Assembly (NCBI RefSeq): GCF_009914755.1
Contig: NC_060932.1
Source: the human T2T-CHM13v2.0 reference genome, Homo sapiens
Length of the DNA: 64,000 bases
Reading direction: 5' to 3' (one strand)
Within the stretch, counting starts at the first letter, position 1; the number at the start of each line of letters is the position of its first letter. The translations under genes were made by a program, and so were the position numbers. The notes beneath the pieces were generated by a model. The model did not search any database, had not been told where the DNA came from, and worked only from the letters and a program-made list of their open reading frames with translations. This document shows positions 12,760-29,678 of this stretch, one piece after another.

Positions 12760-13200
12760 GTAAGATCTTTTATTATGAAAAATTGTAAGCATAGAGACAA
12801 GTAGACAAAATCTTAAAATCCTCTGAATAATCCTCTGTATTCAATAACTATTAGCATTTTGCTACATTTGCTTTATTTTTTTGCTTAATTTTTAAAAATT
12901 ATGTATATCTTGACATTCTTCATGCCTAATACTTCAGAATATCTCTCTAAAAATAAGGACTTTTGCCTGCATAACCATAATATTATTATTACAGCTAACA
13001 AAAATAATAATTCTTTGACATTTCTAATACCCAGCCTGTAGCCAAATTCCCCCAGTTGTATATCAAATATTTTCTACCTTTGGTTTGTTTGAACTTATTA
13101 AGCTCCAGGCATTTTATGTGGTCATTATGAATTAAAATTCTCTTTTAATAAATATCAATCTCCTCCACCTTTTTAATGTGACATTAACTTACTGAAGAAA
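12760..13200 (-). mobile_element. L1ME-like 3' fragment
   Basis: tctctctaaaaataaggactttt...cataaccataatattatt...ggtttgtttgaa. Confidence 0.55.
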
Positions 13201-13809
13201 ATACAATTTTGATGCCAAATAAACTATTAGCCCGCATCTTCTTTAGCAGAAGTACAATATTATGCTGCATTGGATTGGTTTATAAGCACCATTTAACTTA
13301 AAACCCCTTTCCAATAACCTTGTTCCCAGTAAGAAACAAAACACACCAAAACTGACATCTTTGGCTCAGACAACTGTGGCTCAAGGCAGCAAGCTCCTGT
13401 CCCCAGACTCTGGGGTCACAATTTATCAGGGAGTCGGGCCCGGGGTGCTGGGTCAGTGGTTGATAACTGCACATGGAGACCGAAGGAAAATGCTTTCCTT
13501 GCTGAATGGGGAGAAATTTAATGGAGGACACGAAATCTGCAATATCATTCATAAGGAGTTTCTATTTTATTAGATACATGCTTCGAGTTTCTTCAGTCCC
13601 AGGGGAATTTTTTAAAACAGCCAGCCACCTTTTTCCATTACAAAAGCTATAATTTTTAATATGCTTCTTGAGGCTATTTTAACCAAAGATTATGATGTTT
13701 TTTATTTTATTGGACACAAGTAAGATGAGCTTTTGGGGGGAACTTTAAACTTTGATCAAACAATTTGGGATGAGGCTGCTTATTATACAGGATTCTCACT
13801 AGTGGTATC

Positions 13810-13918
13810 TTTTTAAAAAAATAATTTCAAGTTTTATTTTAGATTCAGGGGTACATTTGCAGGTTTGGTACATGGGTACATTGTGCGATGTTGAGGTCTT
13901 GGATAAGAATGATCCCAT
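13810..13918 (-). mobile_element. L1PA15/16-like 3' tip
   Basis: ttttattttagattcaggggtacatttgcaggtttggtacatgggtacattg. Confidence 0.8.
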
Positions 13919-13973
13919 TCTTAAGCCCAGGATTTTGAGGCTATAGTGAGCTATGATCATGCCACTGCACTCC
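13919..13973 (+). mobile_element. AluJ/FLAM internal fragment
   Basis: cttaagcccaggattttgaggctatagtgagctatgatcatgccactgcactcc; no poly(A) or TSD. Confidence 0.8.
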
Positions 13974-15530
13974 CTTTTCTCCATGTCCCATGTCCTCACC
14001 AGCATTTGTTATTTTTTTGTCTTTATGATAATAGCCAGTCTAACTGCGATGAGATAATATCTCATTCTATCTTTGATTACATTTTCCTGATGACTAGTGA
14101 TGTTGAGATTTAAAAAATACATTTGTTAGCCATTTGTGTGTCTTCTTTTGAGAAATCTCTGTTCAGATCATTTGCCCATTTTAAAATCAGATTGTTTATG
14201 TTTTTGCTGTTGAGATGTTTGAGTTCCTTGTACATTCTGGTTTTTAATCCCCATATTGGATGAATTAGTTTGCAGATATTTTCTCCCATTCTGTAGGTTG
14301 TCTTTCACTTTGTCGATTGCTTCCTTTGCTGTGCAGAAGCTTTTTAGTTTTATATAATTCCATTTGTTTATTGCAGCCCTATTCACAATAGCCAAGATAT
14401 GGAATTAACCTAATTGTCCATCAACAGATGAATGGATTAAGAAAATGTGGTATATATACACAGTGGAATACTATTCAGCCATGAAAAATAATACATAATG
14501 TCATTTTATAAAAATAAGTATAAAACATTATAAAAATAATAAATATTGTCAATTTCTGCAACATGGATGAGCATGGAGGACATTTTGTTAAGTGAAATAA
14601 GTCACCAAAAGAAATTTAAACACCATGTTATTACCCATATATGGAAGCCAAAAAGTGGATCTAATAGAACTAAAGAGTAAAACAGATTACTAGAGGATGG
14701 GAAGGGTAGGGAGAAGGGAAGAATACGGAGAGATTTATCAAAGCACGTGTCCCCAATCCCTGGGCCATGAATCAGTACTGATCTGTGGCCTCTTAGGAAC
14801 CAGGCTGCACCAGAAGGTGAGTGGCAAGTGAGCAAGTGATGGCTTCATCTGTATTTATAGCTGCTCCTCATCACTCCCATTACCTCCTGAGCTCCACCTC
14901 CTGTCAGATCACTGGCAACACTAGATTCTCAAGGGAGTGCAAACCCTATTGTGAACTGCACATGGGAGGGATCTAGGTTGCATGCTCCTGATGAGAATCT
15001 AATTCCTGATGATCTGTCACTGTCTCCCATCACCCCCAGATGGGACTATCTAGTTGTGGGAAAACAAGCTCAAAGGTTTCACTGATTCTACATTATGGTA
15101 AGTTGTGTAATTATTTCATTATGTATCACAATATAATAGTAGAAATAAAGTGCACAACAAATGTAATGTGCTTGAATCATCCTAAAACCATCCTTCTCCA
15201 TGGTCCTTGGAAAAATCATCTTCCATGAAACTGGCCCCTGGTGCCAAAAAGGTTGGAGACTGCTGTATTAAAGGATACAAAATTACAGCTAGAGAGGAGG
15301 AATAAGTTTTAGTGTTGTACAGCACTCTAGGATCACTATAGTTAACAATGTATTATATATTTTCAAATAGCTAGGAGGATTTTGAATGTTCCCAACACAA
15401 AGAACTGATAAATGTTTGAGATGATGGATATGCTAATTACCATGATGTTATCACTTACATTGTATGTATAGAACATCACTATGTACTCCATAAATATATA
15501 CAACTATTGTGTATCAATTTAAAAATTAAC
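13974..15530 (+). mobile_element. L1MA-type element with 5' inversion (13974-14368 antisense, then sense), interrupted by MER1A
   Basis: Antisense ORF2 piece ([16 protein letters not shown]) joined to sense tttattgcagccctattcacaatagccaag, then an L1MA 3'UTR. Confidence 0.8.
14744..15265 (+). mobile_element. MER1A (hAT-Charlie)
   Basis: About 520 bp, cacgtgtccccaa...ggttggagactgctg, 8-bp TSD tatcaaag/tattaaag. Confidence 0.88.
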
Positions 15531-16379
15531 AGTTTCTAAAAAAATGAATTTGAAAGTAATCCAATGGTTTAGCGATTTCAGCAAATTTAAGTCTCTAGCT
15601 TGGCTTGTTATTTCAGCAGCCTATTCTGTCACTTAGTTCTAGACATTATGCCAACTCAAAGGGACGGGGCTGATCTTCAGCAGAGTCCTTCAGAGTCTCA
15701 TATTATACATTTCATTGTGCCAAGTCATGTCTAACAATAATATTGAATTGCTTTTCATAAAGAAAACAATAAGATTTAGTGAAGGTGAGGATCTATTCTA
15801 TTCTGAATCATTGTTGAAACGAAGTCCTGTGGCACCTGATTCCTGTAAATAGAAGAGAAGAACCCCAGGAGGCGCATGTGTGTAATACTCTACTTTGATG
15901 AAGTTTTTATTGATGAAAGATTTCTTCTATATTCTGTATAAATAAAAAGGGTTACTACTCATGTGAGCTGAGCCACAGTGGAAAGTTTCCTGCAAAGTCA
16001 GTGAAAGGTAACACGTGGATTACTGGGAGGATGTAAAAATGCAAGCAAAGTCCCCTGTGATGGCAGGAGGAAGCATTAGGTGCTAAAGTTGGACGCATAG
16101 AACAAAAATAAAACATAGGCTACACTAAACTGTGAGAATTCCTTAAAGTGCTCATAAAAATAAGCACATACACCTAGTTTGGGGCTTTTAACCCAGTACA
16201 GTAATACATACTGTATGTATTAATGTAGTGTATATATAAAATCTATAAAATGTAATTTTATGGTATTATAAATTATACCATTTAAAACTGTTATTTTCCT
16301 ATCTCTTTAAAAAGTGCCAAGCATATCTCAATACATTTATATATGTGTGATATTGGTGGCTAGTTTGAGATAGTCTTTA

Positions 16380-19740
<3,361 letters not shown>

Positions 19741-19841
19741 GTTTCTGAATGCTTTCTGTGACTCTCATGCATATTTCTAAGTAGACAGCACAGAGCTGGC
19801 GTAAGTTTTATTTTGTTTTCTGCTGTCTGCAAGAGGCTCAC

Positions 19842-20660
19842 TTTTTTTCAACTTTTATTTTAGATTCAAGGGGTACAAGTGCAAGTTTGTTACCTGGGTT
19901 TATTGAGTGATGCTGAGGTTTGGGGTACAAATGATCCTGTCACCCAGATAGTGACATAGTACCCAATAGGTAGTTTTTAACCTTGCTCCTCTCCCATCTT
20001 CTCACCTCTAGTAGTCCCTAGTGTCCATTATTTCTGTCTTTAGGTCCACGTGTACCTAATGTTTAGCTTCCACTTATTACTGAGAACATGTGGTATTTGG
20101 TTTTCTGTTTCCGTGTTAATTTGCTTAGGATAATGGCTTTCAGCTGCATCCATGTTTCTGCAAAGAATATAATTTCATTATTTTTTATGGCCACATAGTC
20201 TTCCATGGTGTATCTGTACCGTATCATCTTTATATAATCCACCATTAATGGGCATCTAGGTCTTTGCTATTGTGAATAGTGTTGCACGAAATATGAGTGC
20301 ATGTGTCTTTTTGATAGAACAATTTATTTTCCTTAGGGTATATACCCAGTAATGGGATTGCTAGATCAATTAGAAGTTCTCTTCCTAGTTCTTTGAGAAA
20401 TCTCCAAACAGCCTTCCACTGTGGCTGAACTAATTTACATTGCCACCAACAGTGTATATGTTCCTTTTTCTCTGCAGTCTTGCCAACATGTTATTTTTTG
20501 ACTTTTTAGTAACAGTCATTCTAACTGGTGTGAGACAGTATCTCGATGTGGTTTTGATTTGCATTCCTCTGATGATTAGTGATGCTGAGCATTTTTTCAT
20601 ATGTTTCACGGCCGCTTGTATGTCTTCTTTTGAGAAATGTCTGTTCATGTTCTTTGTTCA
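19842..20660 (-). mobile_element. 5'-truncated L1PA15/16-like element
   Basis: T-rich tail then L1PA 3'UTR; ORF 20430-20648 ([13 protein letters not shown]...HMKKCS) is the ORF2 C-terminus. Confidence 0.9.
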
Positions 20661-21694
20661 CTTCACTATTTCTAAATGGTATTGTGAATGCTTTAATGCT
20701 TCTGGAACATGTGAGTGTGAGTGTGTGTGTGTGTTTCTGCGTGTGTGAATGTGACCTTTCCTTGAACTGCAGCATTGATAGTGATATTTTTCTCCTTTTC
20801 ATAGTCTTTATAGCCATTGACGTAGAAACTGGGGAGGTGTGATTTGATGTTTGTACACACATCATCCTCTTGGCTGGTCTTCACATTGCTTCTGAATGCT
20901 TTCTGAGTTTCATGTATGTCTCTAAGTAGACAGCAGAGAGCTGTCCTTAGGTTTTCTTATATTTTCCACAGCCCAATCAATGTTCTGCATATCATTTATG
21001 TTTTATAAACACTGGAGGAATTGAATTCTAATGAAATCTCTCCCCACTTCCCTACCCCTAAATCCAGGCTTTAAATATCAATATTTTTGCGGCTGGGATT
21101 CTTCTAAAATAAGAGCTGAGTCTCTAGTTCTTTTTTTCAGTTTCAGGAATAAAAAGGTAATATTAGAGCACCAGATAAGAGAAATTTTCTGTAATTCATT
21201 TAATAAAATAATTGGGTTAATATGCCTGGGTCTGTAGTATTACAAGTAAAATCCATGCTTCATTGCTTTCATACTGAGTGAATTACCCAGGGAAGCCCAT
21301 AAACTGAAAATGAGAATAACAGTCTGTCTTTCCCTAGCTTCTCTTGCTGTCCCTGCCTTCATATTCAGTTTGTGCCCAAAGAGCAAGGCAACAGGAGAAT
21401 ACTGTTTAAATCTCTTCTGAAATGTTCACACAGATATGGTCCTGATAGCTGTCATAAAAGTCAAAACTAAGCCACTGAATTAGTTGAACAAGTCATCTGT
21501 GAAGGCCATGTCTGAGAATGTTGGCCTACTAAAGATGGCTAGCCACAGGAAAGACATCAATTATAGCCAATAAAACTGGACAATTATACAATTTTCCAGT
21601 TTTGTTTCTTATTTCCCTCCTAGTGATGGATACACCCACCTGATCACGGAAGTGAGCAGTTTGACTCTCGTTTTGTCAAGAGTCAGTGCTGTGG

Positions 21695-21872
21695 GAGTCA
21701 GCTTGGGCTGCTGTAACAACACACCACAGCCTGAGTGGCTTCTGCAACATTTATCTATCACAGTCCTGAAGTCTGCGAAGTCCAAGATCAAGGTTACAGT
21801 AAGATTTGGTTGTTACTGAGGCCTCTTTCCCTGGCTTGTAGATTATACCATCTCACTGTGTTGTCACATGGC

Positions 21873-21911
<39 letters not shown>

Positions 21912-22095
21912 ATGCATACTCTCTGGTTTTCTTCTTATTAAATACGATGTAGTTTTATCATTGCATCATGGTCGCACCCTTCAACCTCATCTAAACATAA
22001 CTACCTCTGTATAGGCCCCATTTCCAAATACAGCCACATTGTGTGTTAGGGCTGCAACATACAAATTTTGGGAGGACACTATTCAATCCTAGCAG
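21695..22095 (-). mobile_element. MLT1A-like MaLR LTR with internal (GA)n
   Basis: gggctgctgtaacaac...aagtccaagatcaagg...ggacactattcaatcctagca. Confidence 0.8.
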
Positions 22096-22499
22096 GTGGA
22101 CTGGAGAATGCACATGTATGTGGGGAGATTTGGACCAGGAATTAGAAAGCTTCTTTTCTTCCCTGGTTCCTATATGAATTCAACAAGTCATTTCACATTT
22201 TGAGTCTTGTTGATCTCATATGGAGGATATGCATGTGACAATCGCAAGGCTCCTGCCAGCTGGGCCCTCCAGGGTCCTATGGTTCACGCTAACATTGCAC
22301 ACAGTCCAGTCTGTCCAGTGAGTTCAGCGGCCTAGCCTCCCTTATGCATGCTGTACTTGGCCAGACAATATTCCTTTGTCTATAACATCACAGTGCCCAG
22401 AGAGCCCTTCTCTTGCCAGATTGCCAAATGCGGGAGGCCTTTCAGAATATCTCCATTCATCCATCCACCCATCTACTCTATAGTTTTCTCTTTTGCTTT

Positions 22500-23500
22500 G
22501 TTCCAGGTGCTGCTTTAGGTGCTGGGGATATCTGTGCTCTGATGAATTCCATGTTTTAGTGGATTTGCATGGATAGAAGGGACAATAGCAAACAAACAAA
22601 TATATAGTATGTCAGATGGTCATGAGTGCTTTGGAGAAAAATAAAGTAGGGTGAGAGTGAGATGTCCTGGACCGGATGGAAAGGTGGGAGGCTGTTATTT
22701 TATATCTGATGGTCAGAAAAAGTCTCCGTGCACATATGCAGAGGATGTGAGCTAGCCCAGCATGTATGGGGTGCAGAGGGCCTAGGTGGGCAGGCAGTAA
22801 GCACCTGCAGTATGCGTGGTGTGGCTGAGGAGAGTGAGCAAGGAGAGCAGTGAAAGGAAATAAGAAGAGAAAGTCAGGGTCCCTGAGCTGGCCAGGCTTT
22901 GTTGAGACTCCAGAGACTTGGGTTGCCTTTTCTATTTTGACCAGAATTTATACTGTTCTTTGTAGGAGGATGGCTTGTTAGGACCTCACTCCTCTATACC
23001 AGAAACAAAACTCTCTAGATTGATATTTTTAAAATGTAAATTGAATCATGTTAGTCACTTGCTTAAACCACTTCACTATTTCTTTTTCATTTTATTATAT
23101 AACAAAATCAAAACCTTTCACCAGGACTCCCCACGGGTCCTTTCTTATCATCCTGACTTCATTTTGGCCCTGTTTCCCATCCCTGCATGGCTTCCTAAGC
23201 TCCAGTCACCGGGTCTCCTAGTTTCAAGAATGCTGCAAACTCACCTTCCCTCAGGGCTACTGATGCTGAAGGTTTCCCTGGCTGCTCCTTGCTTCTTACT
23301 CTATGGGTCTCAGCTTAAATGTCCTCATCTCAGGCAGACTGAAAGCATCTCTTTACTAGTACATATAATAATTTGTAATTACTTCTTTAATTTTTTTCCC
23401 TTTCAAATTTACACTTCTTGAGGGCAGGGACCACCTGCTGGCATTGAATCTGAGGGTCTGGAATGTGGTAGGTACTCAAAATATTTGTTGAGCGAATAAT
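22500..23500. mobile_element. L2 fragments in both orientations
   Basis: ccaggtgctgctttaggtgctggggata...; tctcagcttaaatgtc...tgagggcaggga...gtaggtactcaaaatatttgttgag. Confidence 0.7.
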
Positions 23501-23677
23501 CAGTGGCTAGGGGAATTGAATGTTTGATAGCATTGCCTGAAGTAGACGGGAATTTTCTGTGACTTTCCAGAAAAATCCAGAGAAGTGGATGGGTTCTCAG
23601 CCTTCATCTTCCTTCATCTCTCAGCAGCATGTTACTCAGCTGATAACAGCCTCTTCTAGATATGTAAAGCTCTCTTA

Positions 23678-24014
<337 letters not shown>

Positions 24015-25009
24015 TATATATATAATATATATTTAATAATAGTTCTATTAAAACCAAAATCTTTTTCCTCATTAACAATAATTTGCACAATTTGATTTAT
24101 TTTATATTAACTGTGTAAAGAAAGTATAGTTTGCTGACAAATAAATTAGAAATGACTGTGTTGTTTTGGTTTCAGAATGGAATGTATGTTAATATGTAGG
24201 TTGAAATGCAATTACTTATTACTGCACTAAAAATTGACAAAAACTGTCATGGCTTAAAAATCAATGGTTTTATTTTTATGGTTCTACATGATAAAACAAA
24301 AGATGATTTTTGGTTGCTGTGTTTAACTTTTCTCTTTAAATAACATAGTGTGTTATTCTTTGCATCCAATAAATGAATAGTCAATTTAGATATATTCATT
24401 ACTATATTTCACATTTTCAATTTTTTGAAAAGAAATTCATATATATTAATTTGCTGCATAAGAATTTATATACAAGTTACAGATACAGTGAATATCAACT
24501 TGAGATAAGGTTACAGAATTGTTATCATTTTGTTTCTTCTCATAAGTTACATTTTGACATTATATTCTTTATGCTTTCTTTAGCAAGTGATCCATTATGG
24601 ATACAAAAGGAAGACTCTAAGATTATAAGTAAAAGCAATTCAAAACTATCATGGCTAGTAGGGTTTATCTGAGTAACAAATAAATGAGACATAGGCTTAT
24701 TTACTTTGAAATTCACTGGCCACAGCATACCTGCTCACTAGATACAAACTGAGATGTTAGCAAAATGTTCCTTTTTAAAAGGGAAAATACTTAAAATCAT
24801 TGCTTTATTTATTGATTCATTAAACTTTGTTTCTGTTCTATTAACTCATTGATAAAAGTCGAAAGGAATAGACACTATTGTGGTTGTGAATGACATGAAC
24901 CTTCTGGAACCTTTTGGAAGTCTTCCATTAAATCCCTATCAAATCCTCTAACAACCAACTAGGCAGAGCCAGTCAAAAGACTAATAAAGGGATTTAAGAA
25001 GGGGACACA

Positions 25010-25350
25010 CTCATCAGATTTTCCTTTTAGACAAGTCACTCTGGATTGGACAATGAAGCCACTGAAGGCAGGAAAACACTTGGGAGGCAACGGCAACAGC
25101 CACTCAGGTAAAAGTGAGCAGGAATTTGAAGGGATGAGGTCAAGAGGTTTTGAGGAGGCAGAGTCAACAGGACAAGGTGATTAAGTTGGAGGAGAGCCGG
25201 AAGAGGGATTAAGGTGTTGGGATAGACACTGGAATGTAAATTAGAGAAAGAATTCAGATGTGGGAGCAGGTTTGGAGGGAGGGAAGATGAGTTTCCTTGG
25301 AATATGTTGTTTCAGTTGTTCATGGGCTTTACACATGGAATGGTACATGG
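25010..25350. mobile_element. L2 fragment
   Basis: atcagattttccttttagacaagtcactctgg...aggcaggaaaaca...tttggaggga. Confidence 0.55.
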
Positions 25351-26015
25351 TGCATGCACTATAATGACTTAAAAGCATAACCGAAGGGTAGCTTTTATGT
25401 TATGTATTTTTTATCCACATAAAAATAATTTGGATCTGCATGGGATGTTTTGGGTTATCAAAATAACTGGAAGGGGTGCTACTGACTTTTAAAGTCAAGG
25501 GGGAGGGAGAGAAGGATGCTGAACTACCCTATGAAACAAAAGTGACAGGCTTGCTGCACCCGTTTACCACTCAGCACCCTCTTGAAAAACAGTGAAGGTG
25601 CTGGTAGAAACCATAAGCCTCTGTAGACTTGGTAGAAAAGCACAGAATCCATCAGAATCTGTGTATATATGTATGTATGTATGTATCTCTATCTATCTAC
25701 CTACCTACCAATTTATCTGTCATTATCTATCTATCTGTGCTTTAAGCAAGGGAAGCTGCTATTTAAGATTCTGCAGCTATGCCTGTGTCTATAGGTGATG
25801 ACAGCAGGTCATCTGGGAGCATATTCTCTAGTATGATAAAGATTTGTTTTTTGTAGGTATATAAATACAAGACAAGAAGGCATTTTCTGTCTGAGAAAAG
25901 GTGTAAGAAGACGATGTGCACTTGCTTTTCTCTTTGTGATGTGGTAAATTCTGTCCCTCTCAAAACTGCTTGAGATCTACAAGGCTGTGGGAGGGGGTGT
26001 GGGCCAGGTTCACAC

Positions 26016-26273
26016 AGATTTTGCATAAGAAACTCAGAGGGAGGAAAGGGATTAAGATCCTCCTAACCTCTTCTGCTCAGGTTAAAATAAAGCAATGATT
26101 TTATGTATTTTCCCTTTTAAAAAGGAACATTTTGCTAACATGTCAGTTTGTGTCTAGTGAACAGGTATGCTGTGGCCAGTGAATTTCAAAGTAAATTCAA
26201 AGATTTTTGCATAAGAAACTCAGAGGGAGGAAAGGGATTAAGATCCTCCTAACCTCTTCTGCTCAGGTTAAAA
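26016..26273. repeat. 72-bp direct repeat flanking a 111-bp inverted copy of 24700-24810
   Basis: 26016-26087 equals 26201-26273 except one T in a run; 26085-26195 is the reverse complement of 24700-24810 with 4 substitutions. Confidence 0.95.
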
Positions 26274-27049
26274 GTTAGAGAAATCTCTTTGCATATTCAT
26301 GGTTTATAACAGTTTTAGAGACTCCTGGATAGGGTTTTCCCTGCAGGTAATATTACAATTATTATTCTTTTCTGCCAGGTCATCATTACTTAAACAAACA
26401 GGTGATTTTATAGCTAAAGGGGGGAAAAGGATATGTGTTAAGAAGTTAAATTTCATTTTTAAGTGATTGAGACATTTTCTTAAACTAATACAAAATGCTT
26501 CACATTTGTCACCTTTTTAGTGAAAGCACATTAGCCTAAGTTCACTACTGTGTGGCTACCTAGTGGAAGGAGTAAATCTCTGAACGCCACCGAGAGTACA
26601 AATTCACTTTGGAGTGGTGCAATATCTCAAGGTTAATGGGTAGAAAAGTTACAATTTAATGCTAAACCATCTAGTTTCTTGTGTTGTATGGGATAAAGGA
26701 TTTTGGAATAAACATTCTCATAATATTGCTAAAAAAAGTTACAGAAATCTGTTTGTGTGAACCTGGCCCTAATCAAAGCTCTGGGGACAGCAAAGGGTAA
26801 CAAAATTCACAAATAAAATGACTGTGGGCCTGGAAATAGTCATTACCAGTGTGCTGGCCCTTGCTCTGGAGTCTTAAGTGGTTGGTTCTGGGCCCCCAAG
26901 ATGGCAGATATCCTAACTCTGTAGGTCTCTATTTGTCCACTACACATTGAAAACTTATGAGTGGACCCAGCCAACAGATCAAATAAATGCGTATCTCTGA
27001 AGGGTAGGCATCAGGCATTATTAGTATTACTGGAAAGCTCTCCAACCCA

Positions 27050-29678
27050 AATAATGTCAGAAAATACTTGAAAATCACATATGTGATAAGGGACTTATAA
27101 CTAGAATATATAAACAACTCTTACAATTCAATAAAAAAGCAAGAAATCCAATTAAAAAATGGGAAAAGTATCTGAATAGACATTTCTCCAGAGAAGATAA
27201 ACAAATGGTCAAAAAGCACATGAAACAATACACAACATCATTAGCCATCATATGGGTTTTGTCTTTCATTCTATTACTATGTTGTATCATATTTACAGAT
27301 TTGCATATGTTGAACCATCCTTGAATCCCTAGGATAAATTGCACTTGATCATGAGGAGTGATTCTTTTAATATGTGCTACTGAATTCACTTTGATAGTGT
27401 TTTGTTGAGTACTTTTGCATTTTTGTTCATCAGGGATATTGGCCTAAAATTTTCTTTTCTTGTAATGTCCTTATCTGGCTTTGGTATCAGGATAATGCTA
27501 GCCTTGTAAAAAGAGTTTGGAAATATTCCCTCCTGTGATTGTTTGGAAGAGTTCGGGAAGGAGTGATATTAGTTTTTCTTTAAATGTTTTGTAGATTTCA
27601 GCAGTGAAGCCATCATGTCCTGGGCTTTCTTTGATGGGAAACTTTTTAATGACTGATTCAAACTCTTGTTATTGGTCTTTTTCAGATTTTCTGTTTTTTC
27701 AAGATTCAGTCTTCCTAGGATATACATGTCTAAGAATTTATCTATTTCATCTAGGTTATCAAATTTATTGGTGTATAATTATTCAGAATAATTTCTTATG
27801 ATCTTTGTATTTCTGTAGTGTCAATTATAATTGTTTCTCTTTCATTTCTGATTTTATTTATTTCCCTTTTTTCCTAGTAAGCCTAGTTAAGGGTTTGCTG
27901 ATTTTGTTCAGCTTTTCAAAAAAACCAACTCTTAGTTTCATCGACTTTTTTTCCTGTTGTTTTTCTAGGCTCTATTTTATTTTTTTCTGCCCTGATCTTT
28001 GTTATTTCCTTCCCTCTACTAATTTTGGGTTTAGTTGTTCTTTTTTTTTTTCCAGTTCCTTAATGTGTAAGACTAGGTTATTTCCGATCTTTCTTCTTTT
28101 TTTGATCTAGACATTTATTGCAGAAAGGCAATGTGGTAGATTTCATCCCAGCACCCCCCTCCCCAGTCATGGTCTCTTGTGGTGGGCTTTGAGGCCACAA
28201 TGAGCCCTGTTTAAACTCACAGGTATGCCATAATTAGCCCCTGATTTTTGCTGAAATGTGCTGTGATGAGCATCTCTCTCCCTAGAGGGGTCTTGGGGCC
28301 GGGTCTGAGGCTAGGCCTGGATCTAGGGATTCAAGCCAGGTAGAACTGTCCACCACTTCTAGGAGTGACCAGCTGAGCTTTTGCAGGTGGGCTTTGTTGT
28401 TGGCTGGTACCTCTCATTGGCCACCATGGCTGGCAGGAGCACAGCTGCCATCAAGATCCTCGTGCTGGTTGTTGTGAACTCTGTTTCACTTCTCTTCTGT
28501 GTTTCTACCTGACTCTGAGTTGTCTAGTGGTGCCATTACCCTCAGTGTTCTCCATGAGGTGAAACTGGAGGGGGCTTCCCAGGAAACATCTCAGAATGCT
28601 AGAGAAGATGAATGTCCCTTTCTGGTTCTCTTTTCTCAAAATAAAAACCATAAACCCTAGGGAATTCTCTCTTCATGGCACTGTGCCAATTTGGGAGAGA
28701 GGAAGCAAGGGGGGTGATGTGGTCAAAGTGAGACTTTTTCTCTTACTCTCTCTTGTGTTTTTTATTAAGTTCCATGGCCCACAAAGGTGTCTTGGTCTTG
28801 TTCCCATGTTTCAGGGTTTTCACAAGGTGTTCTTGTCTGTGGCTAGTTTCTAATTGGACTTTCTGTGGGGATCAAGCTACCTGGGACCACCTATCCTGGA
28901 ATCTTGCTGATGTCACCGTTAGGGAAATGCAAATCAAAACCACAGTAAGAAACTTCACACTCACTAGGATAGCTAGAATGAAAAAGTCAGATGGTAAGTT
29001 TGGTGAGGATGTGGAGAAAGCAGAACCCTCATACACCACTGGTAGTAATATAAACTTGTACAGCCACTTGGTAGTTTCTGAAAAATTAAACATAAGGTTA
29101 CCATGTGATCCAACAATTCCATTCACATGTATATATCAAGAGAAATAAAAGCATATGTCTATACAAAACTTGGACAAGAATGTTCATAAAAGCATTATTT
29201 ATAAAAACCAAAAAGATGAAAATGACCCAAATGTCAACCAACTGATGAATGGTAAAACAAAACGTGGTATGTCCATACAATGGAATATTACTTAGCCATA
29301 AAAAATGAAGTGCAGATACATGCCACAACTTAGATAAACCTTGGAAAATTATGCTGAATTAAAGAAGCCAGCCACAAAGGACTACACATATATCATTCCA
29401 TGTGTATAAAATATCCAGAATAGACAAATCTATAGAGTCAAAAAGTAGATTAGTTGTTGCTTAGGGCTGGGAGGTTGGGGTGATAGGGAAGGTGGTGGAT
29501 GACAGCTAAAGGATACTGGGTTGCTTTTTGAAATTATGAAAATATTCTAAAACTGATAGTGGTGATAATTACATGATTCTGTGAATGTACTAAATCCGTG
29601 GAACTGGATATTTTAAATGGAGGAATTGTGTTGTATGTGAGTAAATTCAGTAAAACCATTACTTAAAAAATAAAAAAG
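27050..29678 (+). mobile_element. L1MB-like 3' portion, interrupted at 27248-28918
   Basis: Sense ORF2 end ...caacatcattagccat resumes at tagggaaatgcaaatcaaaaccaca; L1MB 3'UTR and A-rich tail. Confidence 0.85.
27248..28918 (-). mobile_element. Antisense L1M/L1PB piece: ORF2 segment joined to 5'UTR
   Basis: ORF 27075-27389 ([19 protein letters not shown]) is L1 RT; the element ends in atcttgctgatgtcac, an L1M 5' terminus. Confidence 0.75.

Noticed and set aside
22975-23421. 148-aa ORF
   Set aside because: Lies within L2 sequence, has a non-ATG start and no recognisable homology.
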